This document shows positions 34,157-48,900 of a DNA stretch of 64,000 nt, one piece after another (positions within the stretch are counted from its first letter, which is position 1; each line of letters starts with the position of its first letter). Source of the stretch: Monocercomonoides exilis PA203 (Eukaryota > Protista > Preaxostyla); NCBI GenBank assembly GCA_001643675.2, contig LSRY02000062.1:372001-436000 (forward strand), written 5' to 3'. The notes beneath the pieces were generated by a model. That model saw only the letters and a list, made by a program, of their open reading frames with translations, had not been told where the DNA came from and ran no database searches. The position numbers and the translations under genes were made by a program.

Positions 34157-34867
34157 CAGTCAAAACCGGATATAATCACGTCGAATATAATCACATTCGT
34201 TTATTGTCACATTTTTCGATGCACCGACATTTTTGAACAAATTTTCATTCATTTTTCATCGCATATGGGTGATTATTTTAGAAATCATATTTTTTCATTC
34301 AAAAATTTCTGTGCGAAAATATTTCTTGATTATCAATAAAAAAAAATTGAAAAGTGATAAGGCTTGATATGAACATTTTAATCTTTTATTATACTAAAAC
34401 GTTTGTATTTACAATCAATTATTATGCTTTTTTCCTTTTTAATATAAAATAACTTATTAAAAATCAACAATCCATGAAAAATCTACATACCGAAAAAAAG
34501 TATGATTTCAAAAATAATCACCCATATAATCACAAGGATGAAAATATGTGATCACATTTTTAATTATTATGGGTGATTTTTTCAATGAAAAATCGATTTT
34601 TTGATCAAAAATTTCAATTTTTCGCTTTTTCAAAAATGTGCTCAAATAAGTTTAAATAATGTGCATTTGTGAAAAAAATTAATTTCGTAAGTGAAAAAAG
34701 TGGATTTGTGTAGAATTTCCAAAAATAAAAATATCGACCCAAAATAAATTATTTTGAAAATTTATATTTATTTTTTTCTGTGTGAAGCAGCATCGTGAAT
34801 AATCACAATCGGATATAGTCACAAAAAGTTGTGTAAAAACCGATGTGATTATATCTAATTTTGACAG
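34157..34867. mobile_element. Non-autonomous Tc1/mariner (pogo/Tigger-like) MITE, 711 bp
   Basis: TA on both sides (34155-34156, 34868-34869). Imperfect 27-bp TIRs CAGTCAAAACCGGATATAATCACGTCG and CGATGTGATTATATCTAATTTTGACAG. ATAATCAC motif repeated internally; no ORF. Confidence 0.8.
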
Positions 34868-35020
34868 TATTTTTTTTTTTCGTCTAACTATACTTGAAAA
34901 TTTTGTAATTCTCCTATGTACTTTATTTTAATTTCTTTGAAATGTGGTTTTTTTGCAACAAACATTTCAACTTGAAATCAGATTATAAGAATGATGAAAA
35001 ACATTCGAACAACAAAATAT

Positions 35021-36260
35021 TTATAAGTTATCATTTTTTAAGCTTTCATTCATAATTGACCACTGAATGTCATCCAATTCAGAATCAACTGTACCACTTT
35101 TCAGATAGTTATCAATCATCACAGCACTGTTTTCGGCTGCATTGTTCAGAGAATAAACGCACCAGTAGCTAACTTCTCTTTTATTTTCTCTTGCAGCTCG
35201 AAATACTCTCACAATGCTGTTGAAAAGCTCAAAATTTTCTTCATTCCACAACAGATGGTGTTCAAAAAAAGATGTCAATGTTTGGATCCATCTCCTTAAA
35301 GTCAGCACTTCTATTCTTCCATTTTCTTTTCCTTTCTCTCTCTTCCAATCAATGCATTCGCTCGACTCTTCCAGTTCTCTAATTGCCTCTCTCGCAAAAT
35401 GCAGCTCATTCACAACAACTTCTTCAAAACTTTTATCATTGGGGAATATGTTTAATCAAATCCTTCCAAGCAGACTGATACGCAAGTCGTGCCAAATTGC
35501 GATCCTCCTGTTGATATTGATTTATCTCTTTGATTTCTTTTAGGAATAGTTCTTTTGGCACTTTCTAATAAATTACGGAAAAATATTATTACAATTAAAA
35601 GGAAATAGAATTTCACACACGTTAACTCTAATGCTGCTTAAAACACACAAAACCATTTCATTTTTTTTTCTGTTTCCTTGTTTTTCTCTTTCTTCAAAGC
35701 AGCTTTCTGAAGATGTGGCACATAAATAGAATGTTATTCCTCTTAAATACAGTTGATGCACTATATCAAAAAGCATTCACAAAGATCGATCAGAACTTTT
35801 AATTCTTTTCTTTTCTATTTTTCTTTTCTTCATTTATGATCATCTTTTCAAATCTTTTGTTCAACAAAGATTCTTCAAAGTTTCGAGGGAAAATTCTTTT
35901 CAGCAAATTGCAATTTCCCATTTTCTTCAGCAAAACGAGGATATGCTTCATCGAGAATTTATATTCTTCAATAATTTTATCAAATTCTTTGAAAAAATTG
36001 GTTCTGAAAATAGATTCGAGTTCGTATTCATTTATTTCATCCTGAAAATATTCATTTCAACATTTTTCTCTTTCTGTTTATCCACGTTGCAATGCCCAAG
36101 ATTAATAAACAGTTCTTTAAAATTAACATAAAAAATAAGATGTTGAACACTCAAAGAAATAATCAAATAATAATTAATAAGAATTCTTTTCATAGAAGAT
36201 ATCTCTCATTTTCCAAAAACAGGATTATCAACAGAAGTTGCAATCATTTTGCTCATAATT
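35021..36260 (-). pseudogene. Frameshifted copy of an expanded lineage-specific helical-repeat protein family (as recalled from Monocercomonoides)
   Basis: Minus-strand fragments LKELFINLGHCNVDKQKEK..., NELHFAREAIRELEESSECIDWKREK... and LWNEENFELFNSIVRVFRAAREN are interrupted by stops and frameshifts. The family assignment is from memory, not from a search. Confidence 0.6.
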
Positions 36261-37029
36261 GAAACTTCTATTTTTGAACAAATTTGTACTTTAACTTCAA
36301 AATATAAAAGACAAATACAAACATTTTTATTTATCTTGGAAAATGAGACGCTTTCAACAACAGTTAAAAAAACTTTTTTTTTTCGAATTACATGATATAT
36401 ATATATGGTATTCAACGAAGTTAAGAACTTGTCGAAACAGACCAAATTAAAGATTTTAAAATACTTTTTGATCATATAAATAATAATTTAAATTAGAAAA
36501 TATTTTTCAATTTTTCGTTCAATTTGTTTCATGAAGCGCATTTCTTCTTGATTTGGAGTTGAACTTATACCTGATATTATAATGTAATAGATAAAGGAAA
36601 GAACGAAAGCAAACAACCGAATTCCCGAAAAGAAAAGAAGATTTCTTCATTTTGCGAAGCGTTTTAAGATTGAAGCAAATGCACAAAATGTTTGTATGCT
36701 CTAATAGTTGCATTTTATTTATGTTTTGTTTTTTTTTTCACTTTCACTTTCAATTTTTATTCAAGATAGCTTATTTGAATCTTTGAAGAAAAAGGAGCAG
36801 AAAATACGAAAGAATTGATTGAACAAATATATTTGCATTCTTTTCAAAAAAAAAATGTAATTCAGTAGCAAATTGAACGGTTGAAGGAAATGGAAAATTG
36901 CGTTCAATGTGAAATGAACAAATAAAATAAATTCATAAAGGCCATCCTTAACGTAAAAGACATTGGGATTCATGATTGAAGGAACGGAAACAGTAAGTGA
37001 GACTTAATTTTTTTCTTTGAGGTTTATCA

Positions 37030-37900
37030 AATGCTTTGAACACCAAAAAGCCATTTGACATCGATTGTATGGAGATCAGACGAGAACTGCAGGAAAGGCA
37101 GCTGTGCCTTGAGAAGCATCCTGGAAGCACAAGAATTCAACAACACTTCCAACCGTCATCAAAAAACCAGAAGAAAGAAATCAGAGAATTCTGCTACTCA
37201 ACCAAAAGAATGAAGAGAGCAAAAGACACTCTGATTCTTTGCCCAAGACTTCCTTTTGCACAAGCTTACTCTTCTTGGAGCAAAGCAGAAACCATTCGTT
37301 GAATTTCTGTGGACACATCTTACAGCAATGGCACAAAAAATGAATGGATATCCCTTTGAATGTCTCCAATAACCTAATTTTGACTGCTTTTTACATAATT
37401 GAAAGAATAACGATACCTTTTTTGCCATTTCCCATTTGAAACTCTCAGAATGTTTCATCTGCTTCACTATGATCTTCACAGATAACATCTCTGATCTTTT
37501 TTTACGCTTGCACAGCAGTAGTAAAATTAAATTGCCTTAATTCACAACCACAACAATTTGTTCTAACATCAGCTTGGCTGTTCTGGTTCTTATGTTGGAA
37601 ATATTGCAAAATCTGTCTTATAAGCCCCTAAACGATTCTACATTCTTTTTTGCAGCTTCACAGATGAATGAAGATCAGTTCCTTATCCTAATTTTGATAT
37701 GTTAAATCAAAAAATGTTTCTTCGACATACAACAAGAAGGAATACCTCGAAGTTTTCATTTTTTTCGCTTTTCTTACTCAGAACACTGCGATTTATTAAA
37801 AGAGAATTGAATTACAGGAAAACTTTTGCGACAATCAATGTGCCTTTCTTACTGAATAGAAATTCAGAGATGAAAAGTTTGATGCTGTATTTATGAAGAG
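37030..37900 (+). pseudogene. Unidentified decayed coding fragment
   Basis: Coding-like composition with short frames (e.g. FAQDFLLHKLTLLGAKQKPFVEFLWTHL) broken by stops. Confidence 0.3.
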
Positions 37901-38379
37901 ACAAATCAGCTGAAAATTATTATTGAAGCATTGCCGGTTCGAACACTTCAGCGGTTTAGATGGCAGAAAGGGAAGCAAATGCACTTTCTGAAGGAATACC
38001 GGAAGCAGATCGATACTTCATTTTTTCTTTGCAAATGTAACATTCATCCATTGCTTGCGAAGAAATCAAAGGCAAATATTTTTAAGGGTTATTTCTTTTT
38101 CTTCTATCTTCACATTCTTCCGGCCAATCAACAGAAATTTTCCAATCTGTTTTTCCTGCATCATTTTTATCCAACATTTTTTATTCTCGTTCTCAAAGTG
38201 TCTTCTGTTTAGAAGAAAGGAAGAGAGGAATGATGAAAAACGTAGAATAAAAGACAGATGCTGTTCAACCAAAGATCATTATAACTGCAGAATTGAGTAT
38301 GCACAGAGAAAAGCTAACTTTTTTCAGAATTACACAGTCATGAATTATTTCCTTCTTTTACAGAACTGATTGAAGCGAA

Positions 38380-41300
38380 GAATTTGCTCCTTATATGCAT
38401 CAATCTTTTAATTTCTTCTTTCCCTTCATCATCATCATCATCATCATTCAATAACCCTTCATTTCATTCATTACATTCTTCTTCTTCCATTCATTTCTTC
38501 TCTTTCCTGGAACTTCTTCACACCCGTCAGCGGCGTGCTCGATGCGCTCGCTGCGTTTGCTCCTGCCTTGCCATTCGCGTTGTGCTCTGCTGCTTCCCTT
38601 GCCGCTCTTCTCGCGCATCCACAGCCATCTTCTTTTCCTTGTCCCTTCACTCTGCTTCCTCCCCATCCATCACAATCGCATTCGCCCCAATCGCCAGCAG
38701 ATCGATCGCCGACGCTTACACAACCGAATACCTCAGAAGCGGGTTGAACATCCCCAAAGAAGGCAGAACAGCTGCAAGCGTCAACGTGAACGGCAGCCCA
38801 AGCGACGGATAGAGCAGCCCGCTCATTGCACCAGCAGATGAAGAAGAAAAAGAAGAGGAAGAGGAAGAGGAAGAAAAAGAAGACGACAACGAGGAGGATG
38901 ACAACGCCGATAACGATGTAGGCAGCGAAATCGAAGGATCAATCACGTCCAATGCTCACTCAAAAGATTGGTGTGAATTGTTAATAGTCATTTCTTTCGA
39001 ACTCAGAACTTATTAGCATTGAGCTGAAGAAGCAGATAATTGTGAAACATCAAAAGACGTGGCTCCTCTTCCCTCTTCAATGCTATCGTCTCGTGAAACT
39101 GCATCACTTGCTGTCATAATACAAGCAGCAGCCGAAAGCAGATCGCCCCTTCCATCTTGTTCTTCCCTGGCTGCAGCTCCACTTGCACTGCCAGCAGCTG
39201 CACCATCCGGAACAGCGCCTTCCGCCCTTCTTTCCTCCCCGCCGCCAACTGCACCTCCATCACCCGCCGCTTCAGCCCTGCCCCTGCTAACACCCCCGCC
39301 GACGCCCCCAAAAGCATCCGCTCCCGGTTGTCCAGTGCCGACTTCAGCAGCGCCAAGCCCCTGCTCACAGTCTTCACAACCTCGCTGTTCTCAGACGCCT
39401 TCAGAGGCGACCTTCAGTCTGCTGCATCGCACATATCCAGAAGCCGCAGACACAGCGTGAAGAAGTCGTTGCGCTGGCACGCCTTCAGCACAGACGCAAA
39501 CAACGGCAGACAGCAGCCAGACAGCAAGGAAGCATCTGGAAAGATCCGCAGCGAAGCGCCTGTAGCGTCTGTGGATAACACACACACAAAGGAGACTCCA
39601 GCTTCGAGTATGTGATACCTCTACACACTGCCCCCGATAACGATGTTGATGAAGTTGATCAAATCGATGGAAAGCCCCTACGTATTGCATCAGGCAGCGC
39701 CTTCATCACCTTTTCTTTACGCTTCGCTGCTTCTGCCCGGCTGTTATTCATCAAAAGCCGCAAAAGCACAGAAGCGTCTTCCACTCCCGTCTTTGACTGT
39801 ACCTTTTCATACTCCCCCCAGAAACATCTGAATCTTCTTCTCCAACGCCACTTCAACCACAATGTTGATGCACTTACTGCACATCCGGAACGAAACCAAC
39901 AGAAAGTTATCGCTCTCCCCCATCGGCTGCTGCAGCACCCCTTCAAACAGCACCGAATAGAAGTACAGGAAGAACAACAGCTCGCCTTCCATGAACTCCT
40001 CCTGCACAAACTTTTCCAACAGCCACATCTCCGCAAAGTCTTTCCGGAACATCTCCACCACTTAGATCAACATCTTTCTCACGGACTTACTCTTCTTCTG
40101 CATCGATTGCTTCTATTCCATTCACACGCACACAAAGTCCTCAGACTCCTGCCTTGGAAGCACCACTCTTGCAAAGGTCTGACGCAATCTTGTCTCCGTA
40201 TATCCCCCATGAGCGTTAACAGCGTCTGTATTAGTTAAGGTTGCAGCACCGTTTTAAGCGACGTCAGCAGCCGCTGCACTGGAACATCTTACAACGCATT
40301 CATTTCCTTCCACTTCTGCTTCTTTTGCGCAAGTTCCGTGTATCGATTACAATTACCTTCTTGAACAGCGCCTACTGCTTGCTTGTCATCTGCTTCTGCA
40401 ATTTCGACAACGCAATCAGCATCTTCGATTCCTTCTCCATTTTGCTATTCTTCTATCTCACAGTTGCATCCACTCCTCCTCCACAATCGCCACAATCACT
40501 GGCCTCAGCACCGTTCTTCTCTGATCTCTCGCTGATCAAAGATCTCGTTCCCTCACTTCCGCCACCTCCTCCCCCGCCGCTATTTGCTTATCCCACAACA
40601 CTCACATCTCTCCCCACTTTCACAACAACCACCTTCTCACTCGGGTCCAGCTAAGGCATCACAGCGCTGCCATCTCTGATACACGCGGATAACTTCTTCT
40701 GGTACTTTTCACGTAGTTCCGAAGGCAAGATCAACTAAACTGAAGACGGAACCATCCCACCACACACAGAAACCGACGGAGAAGACGTAGCAAGCTACAA
40801 CGCCGACCTCACAAGCGCACCTATGCTGTTCACATTCATAACCTCGTCATGCTGCATCCGAGACTTTTCCTTCATAATCACCACATCCAAAAGTTCCGTC
40901 TTCTCCTTCATCACCACCAGCTGCTCCTGCTGCTCCTTCACCTCTGCATTGTACTTCTCGCTCAGCTCCAGGATCTTCCTCTCCCGCATCCGGATGATCT
41001 TGTCCTTCTCCTGCAGCTGCTCCGCCAGTCCGCTCGCAAGCTTCACATTCTTCTCTCACCATTCTCCTTCCGCCTCATCTACTCCTTCAGCTCCCTGACC
41101 TTCCGCACCAGCTCATCCTTTATCCTCAGCCCCACCGCCTCCAGTGCCTTCCCCGCTCTCTCCTCTGTCCTTCATAGAACAACATTTCGCATCATCATTA
41201 TATTGTCCAGCTTCTCCACCAAATATTTCAACAGAGACGATCGCGAAACCTGCAGTACTATCACAGATTGCAGCAGCGACTGGTCAAACAGATCGTTGAT

Positions 41301-42100
41301 CGATGGGAGCGCATTCATACAGCCGACACAAAGATCCGCTTGTCTCTTGACTTCGTGATCACCTTCGATGTGGCAAGCGACGGAAGCTGCGCCACCAGCG
41401 ATACTGAAAGCATCGCAGAAAGCGCCACGTCTTATACACACACAACACCCCCATACAGCACCGCCTGCCGCGCCACACAACAAATCATTCGAAGCGTCTG
41501 TTGCTCCTTCAGTTACGAAATCTTTTGATTTTCATACACCCCAGCCACCTCTCGATATCATCCATCGCTCCTGCCGATGCGTATGATGCCGCCACCGCTG
41601 ACGCATCTGAAGGGTCAATCGCAGGTGCTGAAGAAGAAGAAGAAGATGACTAATCATCTCCTGCCTTCTTCTCTTCGCTTCTTCGCCTCTGGAATGGCGA
41701 AGTTGATCAGCATGCTGCTCCTGTTGAAGAAGACGAGGAAGACGAAGGCGCTGAGCGAAGAGACGACTGCTGAGCTGCACCAGCCACAGGAAGCTTTTAG
41801 AGATACTCCACCACGTCTGCCAGAAGCTCTGCCTGCGACACAAACACAACATCCACATTAGGTTCAGAAAGATCAACCAGCCGCGAAAGCTCTCAGTTCT
41901 CGAGCGAAGGGAAAATGAATGAGAAATTGGTTTTTTCAGGTGAGGAGTTGAAATGAGAAGAAGGAGAAGGAGAAGGAGAAGGAAAATTGTAATAATGATG
42001 ATGTCGATTGTAATAAAGATGACAATGACAATGATATAGATGAAGAAGAAAAAGAAGAAAGCTACGGCAAAAGCGATATTAATGAGAAAATGAAGAAGAT
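38380..42100 (-). pseudogene. GC-richer mosaic of broken repetitive hypothetical-gene fragments
   Basis: Clear GC increase relative to the flanks. Many overlapping short ORFs (GLLYPSLGLPFTLTLAAVLPSLGMFNPLL; VEMFRKDFAEMWLLEKFVQEEF; coiled-coil LAEQLQEKDKIIRMRERK) separated by stops and frameshifts. Confidence 0.55.
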
Positions 42101-42937
42101 TTTTCTATTCGTGAAACATTCTCGACAAACGTCAATTGAATCGAATGAAATGCGAGTGAAAAGATCAATTCAGAATCTGAGAGAGATGAAATCACTATCA
42201 ACACAATTTGGATACCCAATGATAAATTACAGGTTATTTGATTCTTTTAGAAGGCTCCTCAGAAACAAAGATTTGCTGCTCCATTCTCCAAAGCAGTGGT
42301 AGTTAATACCACAAGCACAATTGAAAGGCTCAAATGATTGTGTTGTGCAAGTTCTTTGTCTGCCTTCTTTTCTCCATTTGCAAAAGCCCAAATTTTTATT
42401 TATCTCTGCTCTCTATGCATCTTCTTCTTCCTCTTCCTCATTTGAATGACTTTATCAACAGATTCACCAATCACCCTTTTTCCCGTCTTTCTTCCTCAAA
42501 ACACTTCACTACCACACTTTTCTGTGAAAAATGAGATACTCATTCTCTCTTCACACATATTCCTTTTTTGCTCTTTATCAAGAAAAAAAAATGTCCAGAT
42601 CCAATAACAACGTCATGTATCCATCCCCTGTCTTCATAAATAACACTCTCTGCCCTCCCGTAAGATTCAGACAGAATAATCACATATTTTTCATTTCTCT
42701 GAGCTGATTGGAATCACTAAAATATTCATTATCAAAATGTTTCAGCGGAGCTTAAATAATTTTGATTATTTAAATAAAAAATAAATTGAAATTCATTAAT
42801 CACTATATAATTAATATGAGCATACTGTACTTTAAAAGTTTCTAGTCAGAAATATTTGAATTTTTTTTGAGGATGTTATTTGATCGTGCGCATAATATAT
42901 TTTTTCGTTTCATTGTGGAAGATTTCTCTGACTTAGC

Positions 42938-45900
42938 ATGCATTTGTTCTTTTTAGCATGTCTGATTCTAGCAGAGACATTTAAATGTCAAGTCATCTGT
43001 GAAACATCTACATTTGAAAACCAAGGTATTTTTTCAAAGATAACTTTTAAATATAACTGTATTTATTTTGGTCAAGTCAACTCAAATGACGCACAATTTC
43101 CCTCAAATAGCAATAATAATTATTTTTCAGAACAGAGAAAAGCATCAGGAATGAACAGATGGAAGGCAGGAACATGCACAGCGATTTATTCATTTATGTG
43201 CTTTTCCAATTCTTCAGTTGGACTGAAAAATGTGGCAATTGAACAATCTTCCTCACATTTTATGGTAATAACGGAAAAGTCGAGGGTAATGCTGGATTCC
43301 TGCATTTCCTTCCAAAAGTCAAAATCTCCTTTTCATTTGAATTTCGGGTCAATCTGCCTCACAAACATGACTTTTATCCCCCAAAAAAGTCTTAACCCAT
43401 CCAGTCTCATATTTTCATCTGATGATTCCAATTCTGTTATTTTGAGAAATTCCATCGTTGCAGATCTGGCTGTTTCATCCTCAGACTATTTCCTGTTGTC
43501 TGGAAAGAGCAAAAGTGAAGAGATCATTAATTGTGCCTTCAGTAACATGTCTGTGAAATCTGACAAGAACAGTGATTACCAGATGGACCATTCATGCTAT
43601 TTGAGTTCAATGGAGAACTGTCTTATTTATTCGTGTGTGAATGCATTTGAAGGAGGTATCTCAAGTGCATCTTTTTCTTCACACGAATTAATCTGCAAAA
43701 ACACAACAATAAACTTCGGGAAAAGAGAAATGAATGCTCTTCAGAAAAAAGAAAAACTGAACACGACAGAAAGCCAATCCTTTTCGTTGTGTGAATGGAA
43801 TGATTGCACATCCCCACAAGGAGGAGCTCTTTATGTTCATGGCAATGCAAGTGCCATTCTCACAGTTGAGAATTCATCATTCACAAGATGCAGCGCTTCA
43901 TCGACAAGAGGTGGAGGAATCTGTGCTTTGAACATCGCAGAATGCATTGTGCTCCATTCTTCATTTGTTCAATGTTCGTGTGCTTCGATAAATACAGACT
44001 GTGGCGGTGGAGGAATTAATGCAGAAGAAATATCAACTCAATCACTTATTGATTGCTGCTTTTTTCAGAACTGTTCATCAGGAAACGATGGGGGTGCAAT
44101 TGATCTCCGACAGACGATGACCAAAAAACAGAAAAATTGTGTTCTGGATTGTTCTTTTTCAAATTGCAGCGCGCTACATTCAGGAAATTCTGGAGGAGGA
44201 GCAATGGAGCATTATGGCTGTACAGATCAAGTAATCACCTCAAATTGCTTGTTTTGCTATTGCTATTCAAAGTGTGGAGGAGGAGCTGTATGCCTGCATA
44301 TAAATGCAAATAATAATGGAATTTTGTTTTATTACTGTTTTTTTCACAATAACACATGCGGAAGATCAGGACATGATATTGTTCTGCAAAGCTCAACATC
44401 TAATAACATTGATACAAGTTGCTATTCAACAAGGCAAACAACAAACAGAGTTAGCATTAAATATGACTCAATTGTTGATCGTAGTGAATGGCTTAGGAAT
44501 GATGGTGGAAGAACCAGATTTGTTTCTTCGACTGAAACGCAACCTAACGTCAAAGATACATATGCATGCGGAATTAATGAGTCTCATCCATGTAGCACCA
44601 TCAGCCATTGTTTGACTCAACTCATTTCGGATTTTGTGACCAATGTTGAAGTCCTTTCTGGAACAATAATTGAAACGAATAGTTTTGATTGTGGAGCAGA
44701 CAGTTTTACTGTTTATGGCCAAAGCAATATGAGTACAGCAATTCAAACAGAATTTAAAGCATCTGGGTTGTCTCTTTTTTCTGTCTCAACAGGTACATTG
44801 ACTGCAAGGGAATTTGTTCTTGTGCATGACTCGGCTCATCCGAATAACCGTGGGTCAAGGCTGTTTGAGATCACAGGAACAGGAGGAATGAGGATCAGCA
44901 GACTGAACATATCTTTTGGGAGCGGGCAATCAACAGAAACAGCATTTTCGACAGAACTGATAAATGTCCAGAATGGGATGTTTCAGATGGAACATGTGAA
45001 CTGGGCAAAGACAATTTCCACAAATTCATTGTTTTCGATTTCTTCGGTAAATGAGATATCTTTGGCACTTTCAGAATGCACCTTTGATGGAATTGAAAGA
45101 ACAACGAGCGGAGCAGCTGTCATCTCGTTTACAAACGTTAGGGCAAGCATCGATCTAGATTCTTGCTCATTTTCTGGATGCGGAAGCACAACATCGGCTG
45201 ATGGAGGCTCGATGATGCTGTATGCGGGAGAGTCGAATAAAGTGAAAGTGAAAGGAGGCAATTTCGATGGGTGCTTTTGCTCGGCATTGTATGGGCTTGG
45301 AGGAGGAATTCTTCTTCGATTATTGAATGAAAATCCCAATTTCCTGATTTCCTCTTCATTTGGAACAAACACAGCCAAATGGGGAAGAGATATCTTTGTC
45401 TTTTCACCAAATCTGGAAGTGACCGCAAAGTCACAAAACATCACATGTGTGACAGCCTCTTTGGATTCTTTTGAGAAGGTGAGAGGATATGAGAATGGAA
45501 ATACGACTGTGGCCATTCCTCTGTGCATTTATCTCCTTCTGACTCCAGCAGAAATATTTGTGAGCAATTCTGAGGCCACCGATCACTCACGTTGTGGAAT
45601 TGTCCAATTCCCTTGCTTGACAATGAAGCACTCACTCACAAGACAAACAGGAACAAAGAAAGTTGTTGTGAATGGAATGATTTTGATGAGCGATGAATTG
45701 GCCTTCTCTAATCAAAAGCATGAAATCCGAGGAAATGACGATGAAAGTGGCTGGACAGTCTCTGATTCAAGTGAAACATCAAATTCAGCAATGATTGCAA
45801 CAAGTGTTGAAACAGTTTTGTCAAAACTTATCTTCTCTCTTCCTTCTTCTCTCTTTTCACACTCCACTTTCATTTCTTCTCCTTCATCATCAATGACTTT

Positions 45901-48900
45901 GAATCAATGTTCTCTTTCCCTTCAAAATCCATCATTAGAATTGACATTTCTGTTCTTGTCTGTTGAATCAGGAATTTTGGCAATCGACAAATTCTCTGCT
46001 TCATCAATCACTTTGAGCACAAGCCCATTGATCTCGTTGTCTGGAAGTGGAACAAAGGATGAGTTGATGAGCACCAAATGGTTGAACATGACAAACTGCA
46101 ATTTCACAAAAATTGAAAGAACTGCTGGAAGTGGAGGCTGTGTGAGCATTGATAACAGCGATGATGAAGATTCAAATGCAGAAATAAATATTGAAGAATG
46201 TGATTTTGATGGATGCTCTGTACAGGCTGATGGAAGCAGAGGAGGGGCCATTGATGCTCAGTTGAAAGGGAATATTCAATTGAATATTATTTCATGCACA
46301 TTCATTGGATGCACAGCACCAGCAGAAGAACGGAAGATTGGGTTTGGAGGAGGGATGGCACTGAAGCTGATTGATGATGATTCTTCATTTGTGATCTCAT
46401 CACCTGTTTTTGATTCAGACAAGCCAAATGTTGCAAAATATGGAAATGACCTGTTTGTTGAATCATCCAACTTGACAAAGAGCATCACAAACACCTCCCT
46501 TCCATTTGTGTCAGTGAATCTGGCAGATATTTCATTGGATTCAATGAGAGGATTTGATGGAAGAGACACAACGAATGCTATTCCATTGATCTGTTTCTGG
46601 CGAGCAATTAACTCAGAGATATTTATTGGCAGCGAAGGTTGTGATGTGTGTGTCTGTGGATTCTCAGATTATCCTTGCCTTTCAATTGATTATTCTTTGG
46701 ATCGATTAACTGAAGGAAATGAAAGGAATATTAACATCATTGGAAAAGGAATTCTTCAAAATAGCGTTGATGTGAGTGGAATTTCAATAAACTCAAATAA
46801 TTTAGAAATGTGCTCTTTGGAATATCACTCATCACTTGAAGGATCAGAAGGAGCAGCAATGAAGATTTCTGGAATTACAAATTTCGAACTGATAAAGTTT
46901 GTGATTCCTTCTTCATTCTCAAGTGGAGTCAATGTTTTGTTGGATGTTGGCTCAGAAGAAGGATCACTGACTTTGAAAGACTGCTCATTCACCAAAAAAG
47001 GAGATGACAGAGAAGAAGTGACTAATTATGGGCTGATCAAGGCAGATGGAGGCACAGTTCAATTAGAATTTGTTTCAATGCAATCACTTTGCTTTTCAAT
47101 AGATGTAATTTCTGTTCTTTCATCAACAATTTTGAATGTAAGAAACCTTTCGATGAAAAATGTTGAGCTGGAAGGAGCAAGCGGATTGAGCATATCAAAG
47201 AGTTTAAGAAGAGAGACAAATGAAGAGGCACAAAATGTTGTCATTGATTGGAGTTCATTCGAAGAAGTCACCCAGAACGCAACCGATGATATTCCCATCA
47301 TTCGAAATGACAACAGCAAGCCAACCAGGATGGTTATACGAAATACAACGATGAAGAGATGTGGCGGATTGAAGTGTGGAAAGGGAGGAGGGATGTTTTG
47401 TGTGTTGAATGAGGGAGGAAGTTTTGATTGCTCATTTTGCAAGATTTCAGAGTGTTTCTGCTCGAGCACAGGAAGAGGTGGCTGGCTGTTTCTGGAATGC
47501 ACCTCGACAGCTGAACATCCTTTGAACTTTATGCTATCCAACATCACGTTCAGAGACAACTCTGCATTGAGAGGGAGAGATGTGTATGTTCGATGCCATT
47601 CAATTGAAACACAGATAGTTGATGAGCAATTCTTGCTGGATTTCAGAGCACCATTTGTGAAGGACAAGGCAGTTTGGGGATGCACAACAAACTCGTTTGT
47701 GGGGGAAGAGGATCTTTTGTTGAAGGTTATGAGATACCAGAGCGAGACGATATTTGTATCATCAGTTGCAGACAATCACACAGACAGCAAGCAATGTGGA
47801 GAATTCGACACGCCATGTCACTCATTGAGTTTTGGAATCCAGCATATTATTCCATCTCCGTACTCGCAGCTGTTGATCTTGGGGCAAACAGAAATTGTTG
47901 GGAAGTGTGATGTTCTTGATGTGACCATCCGCTCATTGCAATCTCCATCTGCCGCTTTGGTGCATCTGAATTCAACAATTGATGATGATGATGATGATGG
48001 AAATCTTATCACAGCCTCGGAGAATGTTCGGATTGAAAGATTAAAATTCATCTTTGGCCAGTCGTTTTCATATTCAGGCAATTCTATCATTCATGAAGCA
48101 AGTGGCCAGCTATCTCTTTCATCTGTTGATTTTTCTTCGGCTGGGGAGTCAATAGGAATTCAATTTGTTATTCTCAATTCAACATTGTTGAACATTGAAA
48201 GTGGAATTCTTCATGCTGACAACTGCACAATATCAATGCTTTCATTCAAGAAGCCTTCATTTCTGCTAAATGGAGATGATATTAATATCACAAATTTCAG
48301 ACTGAAACAGATTGAATCAACGAGAAATGTTGTTGAGATTTGGCAATGTGGAAGTGTTGTGCTGAATGGAATTGATGCTGATGGAGTGAAGTTGTCTGAA
48401 AACTGTGTCGTTGTGATAAAAGGTTCGTCTTCGAATTCAATTTCTATTGGAATCTCCTCGTTCAACAACTGTTCGAGAAATTCAGAAGGAGCATCTGTTC
48501 TCTCAGCTTCATCAACCTCTTCTCATTTGGAGTTTTCAAACTGTTCTTGCTCAAGCTGCAATTCTCTTTCTGATAAAGGAAGTATTATGGAGATGAGCAA
48601 TACGAAGGATGTTTTGATGGATTCGTGTAGATTTGTTGGAATTCTTTCAAAAGAAAGTGAAAGTGAGAGAAACAATGCATTTGAAGAACTTTGTAAGTGG
48701 AATAGTTCGGTTGTTGATTTCTCAAGCAGTTCTGCGATGATGAAAGATACAACAGTCTGCAACTCATCAAAGGGAGGGATAACAGTGAGTGGAGGATCCG
48801 TGATGATTGAAGCAGGAAACTTCAGCAGCAACATCCCTTTGAATTCAAAATATCCTTCTCTTCGTCGAAACATCATCTGCTCAGATTCTGCTTCACTGAC

